This document shows, piece by piece, positions 56,566-64,000 of a stretch of DNA of 64,000 bases. Made by a program: the position numbers and the translations under genes. The notes beneath the pieces are model-generated. The model was given only the letters and a program-made list of their open reading frames with translations. It did not search any database and was not told the origin of the DNA. The first letter of the stretch is position 1; the number at the start of each line of letters is the position of its first letter. The stretch comes from Hyphomicrobiales bacterium (GTDB taxonomy: Bacteria; Pseudomonadota; Alphaproteobacteria; Rhizobiales; Xanthobacteraceae), in contig JACESF010000018.1 of assembly GCA_013911975.1 (NCBI GenBank), positions 453 to 64,452 on the forward strand, read 5' to 3'.

Positions 56566-57819
56566 ATGATGCAGGACCGGACCATGCCGCACCGGAGACG
56601 CTTTCGCACACTCCTTGCTTCCGCCGCCGGCGCGCTGGGCGCGCTGGCCCTGACGGCGGGAATAGCCGCCGCCGACATTTCCGACGGCGTCATCAAGATC
56701 GGCGTCATCAACGACCAGTCCGGCCCGCTCTCCGACCTGTCCGGCCGGGGATCCGTGGTGGCCGCGAAGCTGGCCGTGGAAGACTTCAAGAAGATCGACC
56801 CGAACGTGAAGGTCGAGCTTCTGGTGGCGGACCACCAGAACAAGCCGGACGTGGGCGCGCAGGTGGTGCGCCGCTGGTTCGGCGCCGACGGCGTCGACAT
56901 GGTGGTGGACGTCGGCAATTCGGCGGTGGCGCTGGCCATCCAGGCCATCGGCAAGGAGAAGAACAAGCCGGTCATCTATTCGGCGGTGGGCACGGTGGAG
57001 ATCACCGGCAAGCAGTGCGCCCCCACCGGCCTCGCCTGGCTGCACGACAATTACAATCTCGTCGCCGGTCCCATCCGCAAGCTGGTGGGGCAGGGGCAGG
57101 ACAAGTGGTACTTCATCGCCGCCGACTATGCGTTCGGGCGCAACATGGTGGCGGAATCCGAACGCATGCTGAATTCCGTGGGCGGCAAGTCCATGGGCGC
57201 GGTGTTCCATCCGCTCGGCACGGGCGACTATTCCTCCTTCCTGCTGCAGGCCCAGAGCTCGGGCGCGAAGGTGGTGGCGTTCGCCAACGCGGGCGAGCAG
57301 CTCGTCTCCTCCATCAAGCAGTGGAACGAGTTCAACATGGGCGCCGGCCAGACGCCGGTGGCGCTCCTCATGTTCCTCACCGACGTGCACGGCATGGGCC
57401 CGGAAATGGCCAAGGGGCTGACCACGGTCACGGCCTGGTACTGGGACCTGAACGACGACACGCGGGCCTTCGCCAAGCGCTTCTACGCGGAGCACAAGGC
57501 CATGCCCACGGCGCCCCAGGCCGCCGTCTATTCCGCCGTCTTCCACTATCTGAAGGCCGCCGCCGCCATTAAGTCCGACGACACCGACAAGGTGCTGGAG
57601 AAGATGCGCGCGACCCCCGTGGACGACTTCTACGCGCCCGGCGCGAAGCTCCGCGCCGACAACAAGCTCGTGCACGATTTCTACCTCGTGCAGGTGAAGG
57701 AGCCCAAGCAGGTGAAGCAGCCCTGGGCCTATTACGAGGTGCTGGAAAAGATCCCCGCGGACGTCGCCTACCGTCCCCTTAGCGAGAGCGAATGCCCGCT
57801 GGTGGCCAAGGCGAAATAG
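56566..57819 (+). CDS. Orphan periplasmic solute-binding protein, Leu/Ile/Val-binding superfamily
   Basis: Tat/Sec-like N-terminus HRRRFRTLLASAAGALGALALTAGIAAA. IKIGVINDQSGPLSDLSG, ADHQNKPD and YFIAADYAFG. No cognate permease or ATPase adjacent. Confidence 0.85.
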   Translation: MMQDRTMPHRRRFRTLLASAAGALGALALTAGIAAADISDGVIKIGVINDQSGPLSDLSGRGSVVAAKLAVEDFKKIDPNVKVELLVADHQNKPDVGAQVVRRWFGADGVDMVVDVGNSAVALAIQAIGKEKNKPVIYSAVGTVEITGKQCAPTGLAWLHDNYNLVAGPIRKLVGQGQDKWYFIAADYAFGRNMVAESERMLNSVGGKSMGAVFHPLGTGDYSSFLLQAQSSGAKVVAFANAGEQLVSSIKQWNEFNMGAGQTPVALLMFLTDVHGMGPEMAKGLTTVTAWYWDLNDDTRAFAKRFYAEHKAMPTAPQAAVYSAVFHYLKAAAAIKSDDTDKVLEKMRATPVDDFYAPGAKLRADNKLVHDFYLVQVKEPKQVKQPWAYYEVLEKIPADVAYRPLSESECPLVAKAK

Positions 57820-57846
57820 CCCGCGCAACCCGACACCGGAACCTTC

Positions 57847-57891
57847 GGCGGCTTCCTCCGGTCCTTCGGGCCCCGGGAGCCGCCGCTTTTT
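57847..57891 (+). terminator. Rho-independent terminator after the orphan SBP gene
   Basis: 10-bp stem ggcggcttcc (57847-56) / gggagccgcc (57875-84) followed by gcTTTTT. Confidence 0.55.
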
Positions 57892-57911
57892 CGCCCGCCC
57901 CGGAGCCGACC

Positions 57912-59432
57912 GTGCCGCAGCCTCAGTACGACCATCTCATCAAGGGCGGCCGCATCCTCGATCCCGCCACGGGCCGCGACGAGACGGCGGACGTGGGCAT
58001 CGCCGGGGGCGTGATCGCGCGCATCGGCGACATTCCCACCCGCGAGGGCGCCCGCGTGATCGACGCCTCGGGACGGGTGGTCTGCCCCGGCTTCATCGAC
58101 ATCCACGCCCATGGGCAGTCGGTGGCCGCCGACTGGATGCAGGCGTTCGACGGCGTGACCACGACCCTGGAGCTGGAAGTGGGCGTGCTGCCCGTGGAGG
58201 CCTGGTATGCCCGGCAGGAACGGGCCGGGCGCGCGCTCCATTACGGCGCGGCGGCGAGCTGGATCTTCGCGCGCAAGCAGGTGATGGCCGGCATGGCGCC
58301 GGACCCCGCCAAGCATTCCATGGAGATGATGGGGGAGGGGGCGGACGATCGCGGCGGGTGGTCGAGCGGCATCGCGAATGACGCGCAGGTGGCGGACATC
58401 GTCGCGATCCTCGCGCAGGGCCTGCGCGCCGGCGGCATCGGGATCGGCATCGCCCACGGCTACGCGCCGGGCGCGGGCATCAAGGAAATGACCCGGGTCT
58501 GCGACCTCGCGGCCGGCCGGGGCGTGCCGACCTTCACCCATATCGGCTTCATGGCCAATGCAGACCCGCGCAGTTCCGAAGACTCCTATGTCCGCATCAT
58601 CGGCCTCGCCGCCGCCACTGGTGCGCACATGCATATCTGCCACCTCAATTCCACCTCGCTCCAGGACATCCGGCGGTGCCGGCACCTGATCGAGCAGGCG
58701 CAGGCGCGCGGGCTTCCCGTGACGGTTGAGGCCTATCCCTACGGGACCGGCTCCACCGTAGTCTCGGCCAGCTTCTTTGCGGCGCCGGACTTTCCCGAGC
58801 GCACCGGCACCGGCTACGGCAGCATCGAGCTGATCCATTCGCGCCGCCACATGCGCGACCGCGATGACCTGCTGTCCGCCAGCGGCGCGGATCCCGCCGC
58901 GCTCGTGGCCTGGCATTTCCTCGACACGGCCCATGACGCGGCCCAGCAGGACCTGCTGGACCTGTCGGTGCTCTATCCCGGCGGCACCATCGCCTCAGAC
59001 GCCATGCCCTGGGTGGAGCCCGACGGGGCCCTCTATGGAGGGACGGAGTGGCCGCTGCCCGAGCGCCTGTCCTCCCACCCCCGGTCGGCGGCCACCTTCA
59101 CCAAGTTCATCGGCGAGTATCACCGCGCGCGCGGCCGGATCGGCCTCATGGAGGCGGTTGCCAAATGCACCATCCTGCCCGCCCGTGTGATCGAGGGCTG
59201 CGTGCCCGCCATGCGCCGGAAGGCGCGCCTCCAGGAGGGGTGCGACGCGGACGTGATCGTGTTCGATCCCGCCCGGATCGCGGGCGCGGCAAGCTTCGAG
59301 CGGATGACGGCCCCTGCGATCGGCGTGGAGGCGGTGCTGGTGGGCGGTGTCCCGCTCATCCTGGACGGCGTGCTCGACACGCAAGCCCGCCCCGGCCGCG
59401 CGCTGCGGGGCGCAGGCCATCCCGATGAATGA
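57912..59432 (+). CDS. Amidohydrolase-superfamily N-acyl-D-amino-acid deacylase (D-aminoacylase) family protein
   Basis: GTG at 57912 is the only start upstream of the conserved N-terminus YDHLIKGGRILDPATG...DVGIAGGVIARIGD. Metal motif PGFIDIHAHG. C-terminal DADVIVFDP...VLVGG. Confidence 0.8.
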   Translation: MPQPQYDHLIKGGRILDPATGRDETADVGIAGGVIARIGDIPTREGARVIDASGRVVCPGFIDIHAHGQSVAADWMQAFDGVTTTLELEVGVLPVEAWYARQERAGRALHYGAAASWIFARKQVMAGMAPDPAKHSMEMMGEGADDRGGWSSGIANDAQVADIVAILAQGLRAGGIGIGIAHGYAPGAGIKEMTRVCDLAAGRGVPTFTHIGFMANADPRSSEDSYVRIIGLAAATGAHMHICHLNSTSLQDIRRCRHLIEQAQARGLPVTVEAYPYGTGSTVVSASFFAAPDFPERTGTGYGSIELIHSRRHMRDRDDLLSASGADPAALVAWHFLDTAHDAAQQDLLDLSVLYPGGTIASDAMPWVEPDGALYGGTEWPLPERLSSHPRSAATFTKFIGEYHRARGRIGLMEAVAKCTILPARVIEGCVPAMRRKARLQEGCDADVIVFDPARIAGAASFERMTAPAIGVEAVLVGGVPLILDGVLDTQARPGRALRGAGHPDE

Positions 59433-60393
59433 CGGCGCCGTCCCGTCCGCCCCCGTGCCGGTGGTGCTGGTGGCGGGCGGCCTCGGCGCGGGCAAGACGA
59501 GCCTGATCAACGCCGTGCTGCGCGCCGACCACGGGATGGCGCTGGCCGTGGTGGTGAACGATTTCGGCGCCATCAATATCGACGAGGCGATCCTCTCCGC
59601 CACGGGCCTGCCGGTCTACGGGCTGAAGAACGGCTGCATCTGCTGCTCGCTCCAGGGCGACCTGCTGCGCACGCTGCGCCTGCTCCTGTCCGTGGGACGG
59701 CCTCTCGACGGCATCCTCATCGAGGCGAGCGGTGTCTCCGACCCGCGCGGTATCCTGGAGGCGCTGTGCGATCCCGTGCTCCGGGCTTCGGTGCGGCTCG
59801 ACGCGGTGGTGGGCGTGGTGGACGCGCAGGCGCACGATGCCTCCGACGACCTGTGGCGCGCCCAGGTGCGCGCCGCCGACATGGTGGTCCTGTCCAAGAC
59901 CGGCGCGGCCGATGCGGACGGGCTCGCGCGGCTGCGCGAGACGCTGGCCTCCATGGGCAAGGCCCTGGTGGTGACGGCCGACGCGGCGGGCGGCGTCCCG
60001 CCGGACCTGCTGTTCGGCGGCCGCATCCGGCGCCTGGCAGCCGAGGACGCCACCGGCGGCGCGCCGATCCGGGACGAGCGCTTCCTGCGGCTCGACTGGA
60101 CCTCCCCGGCGCCCCTCTTGCTGCCGCGCTTCCAGGCGGCCATCGAGGCATTGGCGCCGCAGCTCGCCCGGGCCAAGGGCTTCCTCGCCTTCGTCGAACG
60201 CCCGGGGGACGCCTTCCTGTTCCAGATGGTGGGCCGCCGCGCGAGCCTGGAGCCGGTCCGCCGCCCGGTGCAGGGCGCCGAGCTGGTGCTCATCGGCCCG
60301 CGGACGCAGTTCGATCCCGCGCGCGCCGCCGCAGTGCTGGACGCGGTGCGGGCCGCAGGGGGCGGCGATCCCCAGGGAAGCAGGCATGGCTGA
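59425..60393 (+). CDS. COG0523 (CobW/HypB/UreG-type) G3E GTPase metallochaperone
   Basis: ATG overlaps the deacylase stop (ATGAATGA). P-loop GGLGAGKTS, metal-binding GCICCS, IEASGVSDP and a CobW_C-like C-terminal domain. Confidence 0.85.
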   Translation: MNDGAVPSAPVPVVLVAGGLGAGKTSLINAVLRADHGMALAVVVNDFGAINIDEAILSATGLPVYGLKNGCICCSLQGDLLRTLRLLLSVGRPLDGILIEASGVSDPRGILEALCDPVLRASVRLDAVVGVVDAQAHDASDDLWRAQVRAADMVVLSKTGAADADGLARLRETLASMGKALVVTADAAGGVPPDLLFGGRIRRLAAEDATGGAPIRDERFLRLDWTSPAPLLLPRFQAAIEALAPQLARAKGFLAFVERPGDAFLFQMVGRRASLEPVRRPVQGAELVLIGPRTQFDPARAAAVLDAVRAAGGGDPQGSRHG

Positions 60394-61597
60394 CATCGCG
60401 ATTCTCGGCGCGGGCATGGTGGGGATCACCACCGCCCTCGCCCTCCAGGAGCGGGGCCATGCCTGCGTGGTCATCGACCGCGCGCCGCCGGGCAGGGAGA
60501 CCAGCTACGGCAATGCCGGGATCATCCAGGCGGAGGCGGTGGAGCCCTATGCGCTGCCCTCAAACCCGCTCGACATGCTGGCCCTGGCGCTGGGCCGGAA
60601 AAACGCCGTGTCGCTCCATTGGACGGCATTGAAGCAGGCGCCCGCGCTCGCCGCCTATTGGCGCACCTCGCTGCCCGGGCGGCTCGCCACGGTCATTCCC
60701 CTCTGGGCTGATCTGGTGCGCGAGGCGGTGCCGCGCCATGCGGCCCTCGTGGCGGCGGCGGGCGCGGAGGACCTGATCCGCAGGGACGGCTATTGGGAGG
60801 CCCACGGCACCGACGCCGGCCTTGCCGCCGCGCTTGGGGAGGCCGAGCGGCGCAGGCGGCACTACGGCCTGGACTTCACGCCGATGGACCGGGCCGCGCT
60901 CGCGCGCGCCGAGCCCTCTTTGTCGCGGTCCCTCGCGGGCGCGATCCACTGGACCGCGCCCTGGACCTGCCGCGCGCCGGGAGAATTGGTGGGCGCCTAT
61001 GCCCGGCTGTTCGAGCAGCGCGGCGGCCGTGTCGTGACCGGAGAGGCCCGTTCGCTCCGCCAGGCGGGCGCGGGCTGGGAGGTGGCGGGCGAGAGCGTGG
61101 AGCGGGTGGTGGTGGCCCTCGGACCCTGGGCGCCGGACCTGCTCGCCCCGCTCGGCTACCGCGTGCCCATGGTGCGCAAGCGGGGCTACCACCGACATTA
61201 TTTGGGCGCCCACGGGCTGAGCCGCCCCCTGCTCCTGGTGGATCATTCGGTGGTGCTGTCGCCCATGCGCCAGGGCCTGCGGATCGCCACGGCGGCAGAA
61301 CTCTCCGCCGCCGCGCCCAAGGACGATCCCCGCCAGCTCGCACGGGGCGAGGCGGCGGCGCGCACGCTGCTGCAGATCGGATTGCCCGTGGAGGAGACGC
61401 CCTGGTCCGGGACGCGCCCGTGCCTGCCGGGCATGCTGCCTTTGGTGTGCCCGGCGAAGCGGCACCACGGCCTCTGGTTCCATTTCGGCCACGGCCACCA
61501 GGGCTTCACCCTGGGGCCCGTGACCGCCGCGCGGCTTGCGCGGGCCATGGACGGCGACGTCGCCGCCGTCGCGGGGCTCGACCGCGGTGTCGCGTAG
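60386..61597 (+). CDS. FAD-dependent oxidoreductase, D-amino acid dehydrogenase/oxidase (DadA/DAO) family
   Basis: ATG overlaps the COG0523 gene end by 8 nt. ILGAGMVGITTALAL dinucleotide fold, SYGNAG and C-terminal GHGHQGFTLGP. Confidence 0.85.
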   Translation: MADIAILGAGMVGITTALALQERGHACVVIDRAPPGRETSYGNAGIIQAEAVEPYALPSNPLDMLALALGRKNAVSLHWTALKQAPALAAYWRTSLPGRLATVIPLWADLVREAVPRHAALVAAAGAEDLIRRDGYWEAHGTDAGLAAALGEAERRRRHYGLDFTPMDRAALARAEPSLSRSLAGAIHWTAPWTCRAPGELVGAYARLFEQRGGRVVTGEARSLRQAGAGWEVAGESVERVVVALGPWAPDLLAPLGYRVPMVRKRGYHRHYLGAHGLSRPLLLVDHSVVLSPMRQGLRIATAAELSAAAPKDDPRQLARGEAAARTLLQIGLPVEETPWSGTRPCLPGMLPLVCPAKRHHGLWFHFGHGHQGFTLGPVTAARLARAMDGDVAAVAGLDRGVA

Positions 61598-61601
61598 CAC
61601 G

Positions 61602-62288
61602 TCAGCCCAGGCGGGCGGCGGCCTGCCGGGCCAGCTCCAGCCGGTGCGCCTTTGCCGTCTTCATCCGTTCCTGGAGCAAGGCGAGGATCGCCGGCGGCGC
61701 GGTTTCCGGCGACCCCGCATTGAAAGGCGGGGCGGGATTGTATTCCAGGCGCAGCTGGATGGCCTCGGCGGCCGGGCGGTCCACCAGCTCGGCGATGACC
61801 GTGAGGCCGAGATCGATGCCCGCCGTGATGCCGCCGCCGGTGATGCGGTTGCCGTCGATGCAGACCCGCTCGCGGGAGACCGTGACGCCGAAGATGGGCA
61901 GCGCCTCCACGGCGCTCCAATGGGTGGCGGCGGTGTAGCCCTTCAGCAGGCCTGCCGCCGCGAGCACCAGCGAGCCCGTGCAGACCGAGGTCACAAAGGT
62001 GGCGCCGGCCGCCTGGGCCCGCAGGAAGTCCAGCACCTCGGCGTCGCCCATCAATTCGTCCGTGCCGTAGCCGCCGGGCACGCAGATCACGTCCAGTTGC
62101 GGGCAGTCGGCGAAGCTGGTGGTGGGGGTGACGGACAGGACGGTGTCGCTCGGCACCGGCTCGGTGGTCTTCCACACCAGATGGACCTCTGCACCCGCGA
62201 GGCTTGAAAACACCTGGAGCGGCCCGGTCATGTCGAGCTGGGTGATGCGCGGGAAGACGAGGAAACCGAACTTCAGGGGCTTGGGCAT
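61602..62288 (-). CDS. DJ-1/PfpI-family enzyme, isocyanide (isonitrile) hydratase-like (second paralogue)
   Basis: 228 aa. FGFLVFPRITQLDMTGP, TTSFADCPQLDVICVPGG, VTSVCTGSLVLAAAGLL, ATHW, TGGGITAGIDL and LEYNPAPPFNAGSPETAP match my recollection of Pseudomonas ICH/InhA closely. Confidence 0.85.
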   Translation of the reverse strand: MPKPLKFGFLVFPRITQLDMTGPLQVFSSLAGAEVHLVWKTTEPVPSDTVLSVTPTTSFADCPQLDVICVPGGYGTDELMGDAEVLDFLRAQAAGATFVTSVCTGSLVLAAAGLLKGYTAATHWSAVEALPIFGVTVSRERVCIDGNRITGGGITAGIDLGLTVIAELVDRPAAEAIQLRLEYNPAPPFNAGSPETAPPAILALLQERMKTAKAHRLELARQAAARLG

Positions 62289-62381
62289 TCTGGGGCCTTT
62301 TCATCCGACCTTGACCGGCCGAGCATGCCATGGTGCCATTTCAGCGGAAATGTCTCACTTCCCTCGTTTACGGACGCGCCC

Positions 62382-63320
62382 ATGATCGGCATCCTGGTGT
62401 TCCCGGATTTCCAGCTCCTGGATGCCTCCGGCCCGGCGTCCGTGTTCGAGATCGCGCGGCGCTTCGTGTCGAGCGCGCCCCAGGTGCGGATGATCGCCAC
62501 CCAGGCGGGGCCGGTGCGCTCCTCCTGCGGGGTGGAGGTTCTGGCATCGAGCCTGCGGGCGGCGGGCGGCGTGACGACGCTCATCGTCGCCGGGGGCATG
62601 GGCGTCGACGCGGCCACCGATTGCCGCACCACGCTCGCCTTCGTGCGCCGCCTCGCCCGGCGCGGCGTGCGGGTGGCGAGCGTGTGTTCCGGCGCCTATG
62701 TGCTGGCGGCGGCGGGGCTGCTGGATGGGCGCAAGGCCACCACCCATTGGTGCCGTACCCAGGATTTCGTCTCGCGCTATCCCAAGGTGAAGCTCGATCC
62801 CGACCGCATCTTCCTGCAGGAGGGCAATGTGTGGACCTCCGCCGGCATCACGGCGGGCATCGACCTCGCGCTCGCCATCGCCGCCGAGGATCACGGCGAC
62901 GCGGTGGCGAAGGACATCGCCTGCCAGCTCGTCCTCTACCATCGCCGCTCCGGGGGCCAGTCCCAGTTCTCCTCCCTGCTGGAGTTGAAGACGCCCAACG
63001 GCCGCTTCGGCCCTCTCCTGAGCTGGGTGCGGGAGCATCTGGACCAGCCGCTCACGGTGGAGATGCTCGCCGACCGGGCGGGGCTGAGCCCGCGCCACTT
63101 CGCCCGCGCCTTCACGTCGGAGACCGGCGCCACCCCGTCCAAGGCCATCGAGCGGCTGCGGCTGGAAGTGGCACGCGAGCAGGTGCAGTCCTCGGGCGAA
63201 CCCATCGAGCGGGTGGCGGAACGGACCGGCTTCGGAGACCCGGAGCGCATGCGCCGGGCCTTCGTGCGGGCCTTCGGCCAGCCGCCGCAAGGGATGCGGC
63301 GGGCGGTCCGCCGGAGCTAG
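62382..63320 (+). CDS. GlxA-type AraC regulator (second paralogue)
   Basis: ATG at 62382. IGILVFPDFQLLDASGP, VASVCSGAYVLAAAGLL, TSAGITAGIDLALAIA and the AraC HTH ...VAERTGFGDPERMRRAFVR. Confidence 0.85.
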   Translation: MIGILVFPDFQLLDASGPASVFEIARRFVSSAPQVRMIATQAGPVRSSCGVEVLASSLRAAGGVTTLIVAGGMGVDAATDCRTTLAFVRRLARRGVRVASVCSGAYVLAAAGLLDGRKATTHWCRTQDFVSRYPKVKLDPDRIFLQEGNVWTSAGITAGIDLALAIAAEDHGDAVAKDIACQLVLYHRRSGGQSQFSSLLELKTPNGRFGPLLSWVREHLDQPLTVEMLADRAGLSPRHFARAFTSETGATPSKAIERLRLEVAREQVQSSGEPIERVAERTGFGDPERMRRAFVRAFGQPPQGMRRAVRRS

Positions 63321-64000
63321 GGGCGGGCGGGCGCGGCGTTTATGGGCGCGGGGCCGCGCGCCAGCCGCAGGATGGCGTAGCCGCACAGGCCCGCCACGAG
63401 GGATCCGGCGAGGATGCCGTACTTCACCCGCACCTGCATGGCCGGGTCCTCGAAGGCCAGCATGCCGATGAACAGGCTCATGGTGAAGCCAATGCCGCAC
63501 AGGAAGGCGATGCCCAGCATCTGCGACCAGGAGGCATGCGCCGAAAGGTCCGAGAGGCGGCCCCGCACCATCAGCGCGACGGCGCCGAAAATCCCGATTA
63601 CCTTGCCAAACAGAAGCCCGGCGGCGACGCCCACGGACAAGGTGTCCGTCAGCACCGCCGGGGTGAGCGAGGCGAACGAGACGCCCGCATTGGCGAAGCC
63701 GAAGATGGGCAGGATGATGAAGGCCACGGGGCCCTGGAGCCCGTGCTCCAGGCGGTGGAGCGGGGAGGAATGGGCCGGCGCCTCGGGCTTCCCGGGCGTC
63801 AGGCGGATGGGGATGGTGAGCGCCAGCAGCACGCCGGCCACGGTGGCATGCACGCCCGAGAGCAGAACCAGCAGCCAGAGCACCGCGCCCAGCGCAAGAT
63901 AGACCGTCAGCCGGCCGTAATTGATGGCATTGAGGCCCGCCAGCGCGGCGAGGACGACGGCGGCACCCAGGAGCGCCTGGAAATTGATGTCGTAGGTATA
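63317..64000 (-). CDS. nhaA: Na+/H+ antiporter NhaA, C-terminal part (5' end beyond window)
   Basis: The frame stays open to base 64000 (the track shows only the part from an internal GTG). HATVAGVLLALTIP, LPIFGFANAGV and FLCGIGFTMSLFI are NhaA hallmarks. Confidence 0.85.
   Translation of the reverse strand, partial: YTYDINFQALLGAAVVLAALAGLNAINYGRLTVYLALGAVLWLLVLLSGVHATVAGVLLALTIPIRLTPGKPEAPAHSSPLHRLEHGLQGPVAFIILPIFGFANAGVSFASLTPAVLTDTLSVGVAAGLLFGKVIGIFGAVALMVRGRLSDLSAHASWSQMLGIAFLCGIGFTMSLFIGMLAFEDPAMQVRVKYGILAGSLVAGLCGYAILRLARGPAPINAAPARP

Noticed and set aside
54493-62381. Shared operator between the two AraC/DJ-1 intergenic regions (54493-54601 and 62289-62381)
   Set aside because: The only common element I could see is a short TTTCCGC-containing stretch (GTCGTTTCCGCCTG vs GACATTTCCGCTGA on the mirrored strand). 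That is too weak to call by eye.
53512-63320. The mirrored AraC/DJ-1 pairs read as inverted repeats of a composite transposon
   Set aside because: The paralogues are diverged even at protein level (roughly half identical by eye). No nucleotide-level inverted repeats, transposase or integrase genes are present.
1-64000. Search for tRNA/rRNA genes, CRISPR arrays, tandem repeats, prophage/defence genes and toxin-antitoxin pairs
   Set aside because: All intergenic gaps are 470 bp or shorter, and none showed cloverleaf-like, repeat-spacer or tandem-repeat structure. Every sizeable ORF with coding-like composition is accounted for by metabolic, transport or regulatory families.

Overview
High-GC (about 68%) DNA that looks like an alphaproteobacterial (Rhizobiales-like) chromosomal accessory or catabolic region. 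It is densely coded and I see no rRNA, tRNA, CRISPR array, transposase, integrase or recognisable defence genes. All product calls rest on motifs read by eye from the six-frame track plus my own translation; no database search was possible.

Gene content, left to right:
- 1-1343: the 5' part of a secreted beta-helix repeat protein, which is missing from the ORF track.
- 1.5-15.3 kb: LysR and AraC regulators interleaved with small catabolic units. These are a Bug/TctC binding protein with a GlcG-like protein, an MFS-cyclase-hpaH-hpaI operon, a periplasmic CMD-CMD-cupin protein and a Zn-ADH.
- 15.4-20.0 kb: a Liv-type ABC uptake operon, divergent from a GntR/FAH/extradiol-dioxygenase/SDR/NTF2 unit (20.1-24.0 kb).
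- 24.0-27.7 kb: opgGH.
- 27.8-32.4 kb: a second Liv-type ABC operon.
- 32.4-45.1 kb: a TetR-controlled cluster for CoA-thioester-dependent aromatic acid dioxygenation. It encodes a Rieske alpha/beta dioxygenase, ferredoxin, ferredoxin reductase, PaaK-type ligase, crotonase, SDR, family-III CoA-transferase/racemase, esterase, an HMGCS-like::DUF35 fusion and an SCPx-type thiolase.
- 45.5-50.9 kb: ssuE-A-A-D-C-B, followed by a DapA-family gene.
- 51.9-53.5 kb: argO/argP.
- 53.5-63.3 kb: a block bracketed by two mirrored GlxA-AraC plus isocyanide-hydratase-like DJ-1 modules. The block encodes an amino-acid dehydrogenase, a binding protein, a D-aminoacylase-family amidohydrolase, a COG0523 GTPase and an FAD D-amino-acid dehydrogenase-like enzyme.
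- 63.3-64.0 kb: the 3' part of nhaA.

The two most interesting candidates:
1. The 32-45 kb cluster resembles the ipf (ibuprofen) pathway in gene content. A shared operator is embedded in at least three near-consensus promoters there.
2. The 53-63 kb block may be a complete isonitrile to formamide to amino acid to oxo-acid route.

Both functional readings are inference.
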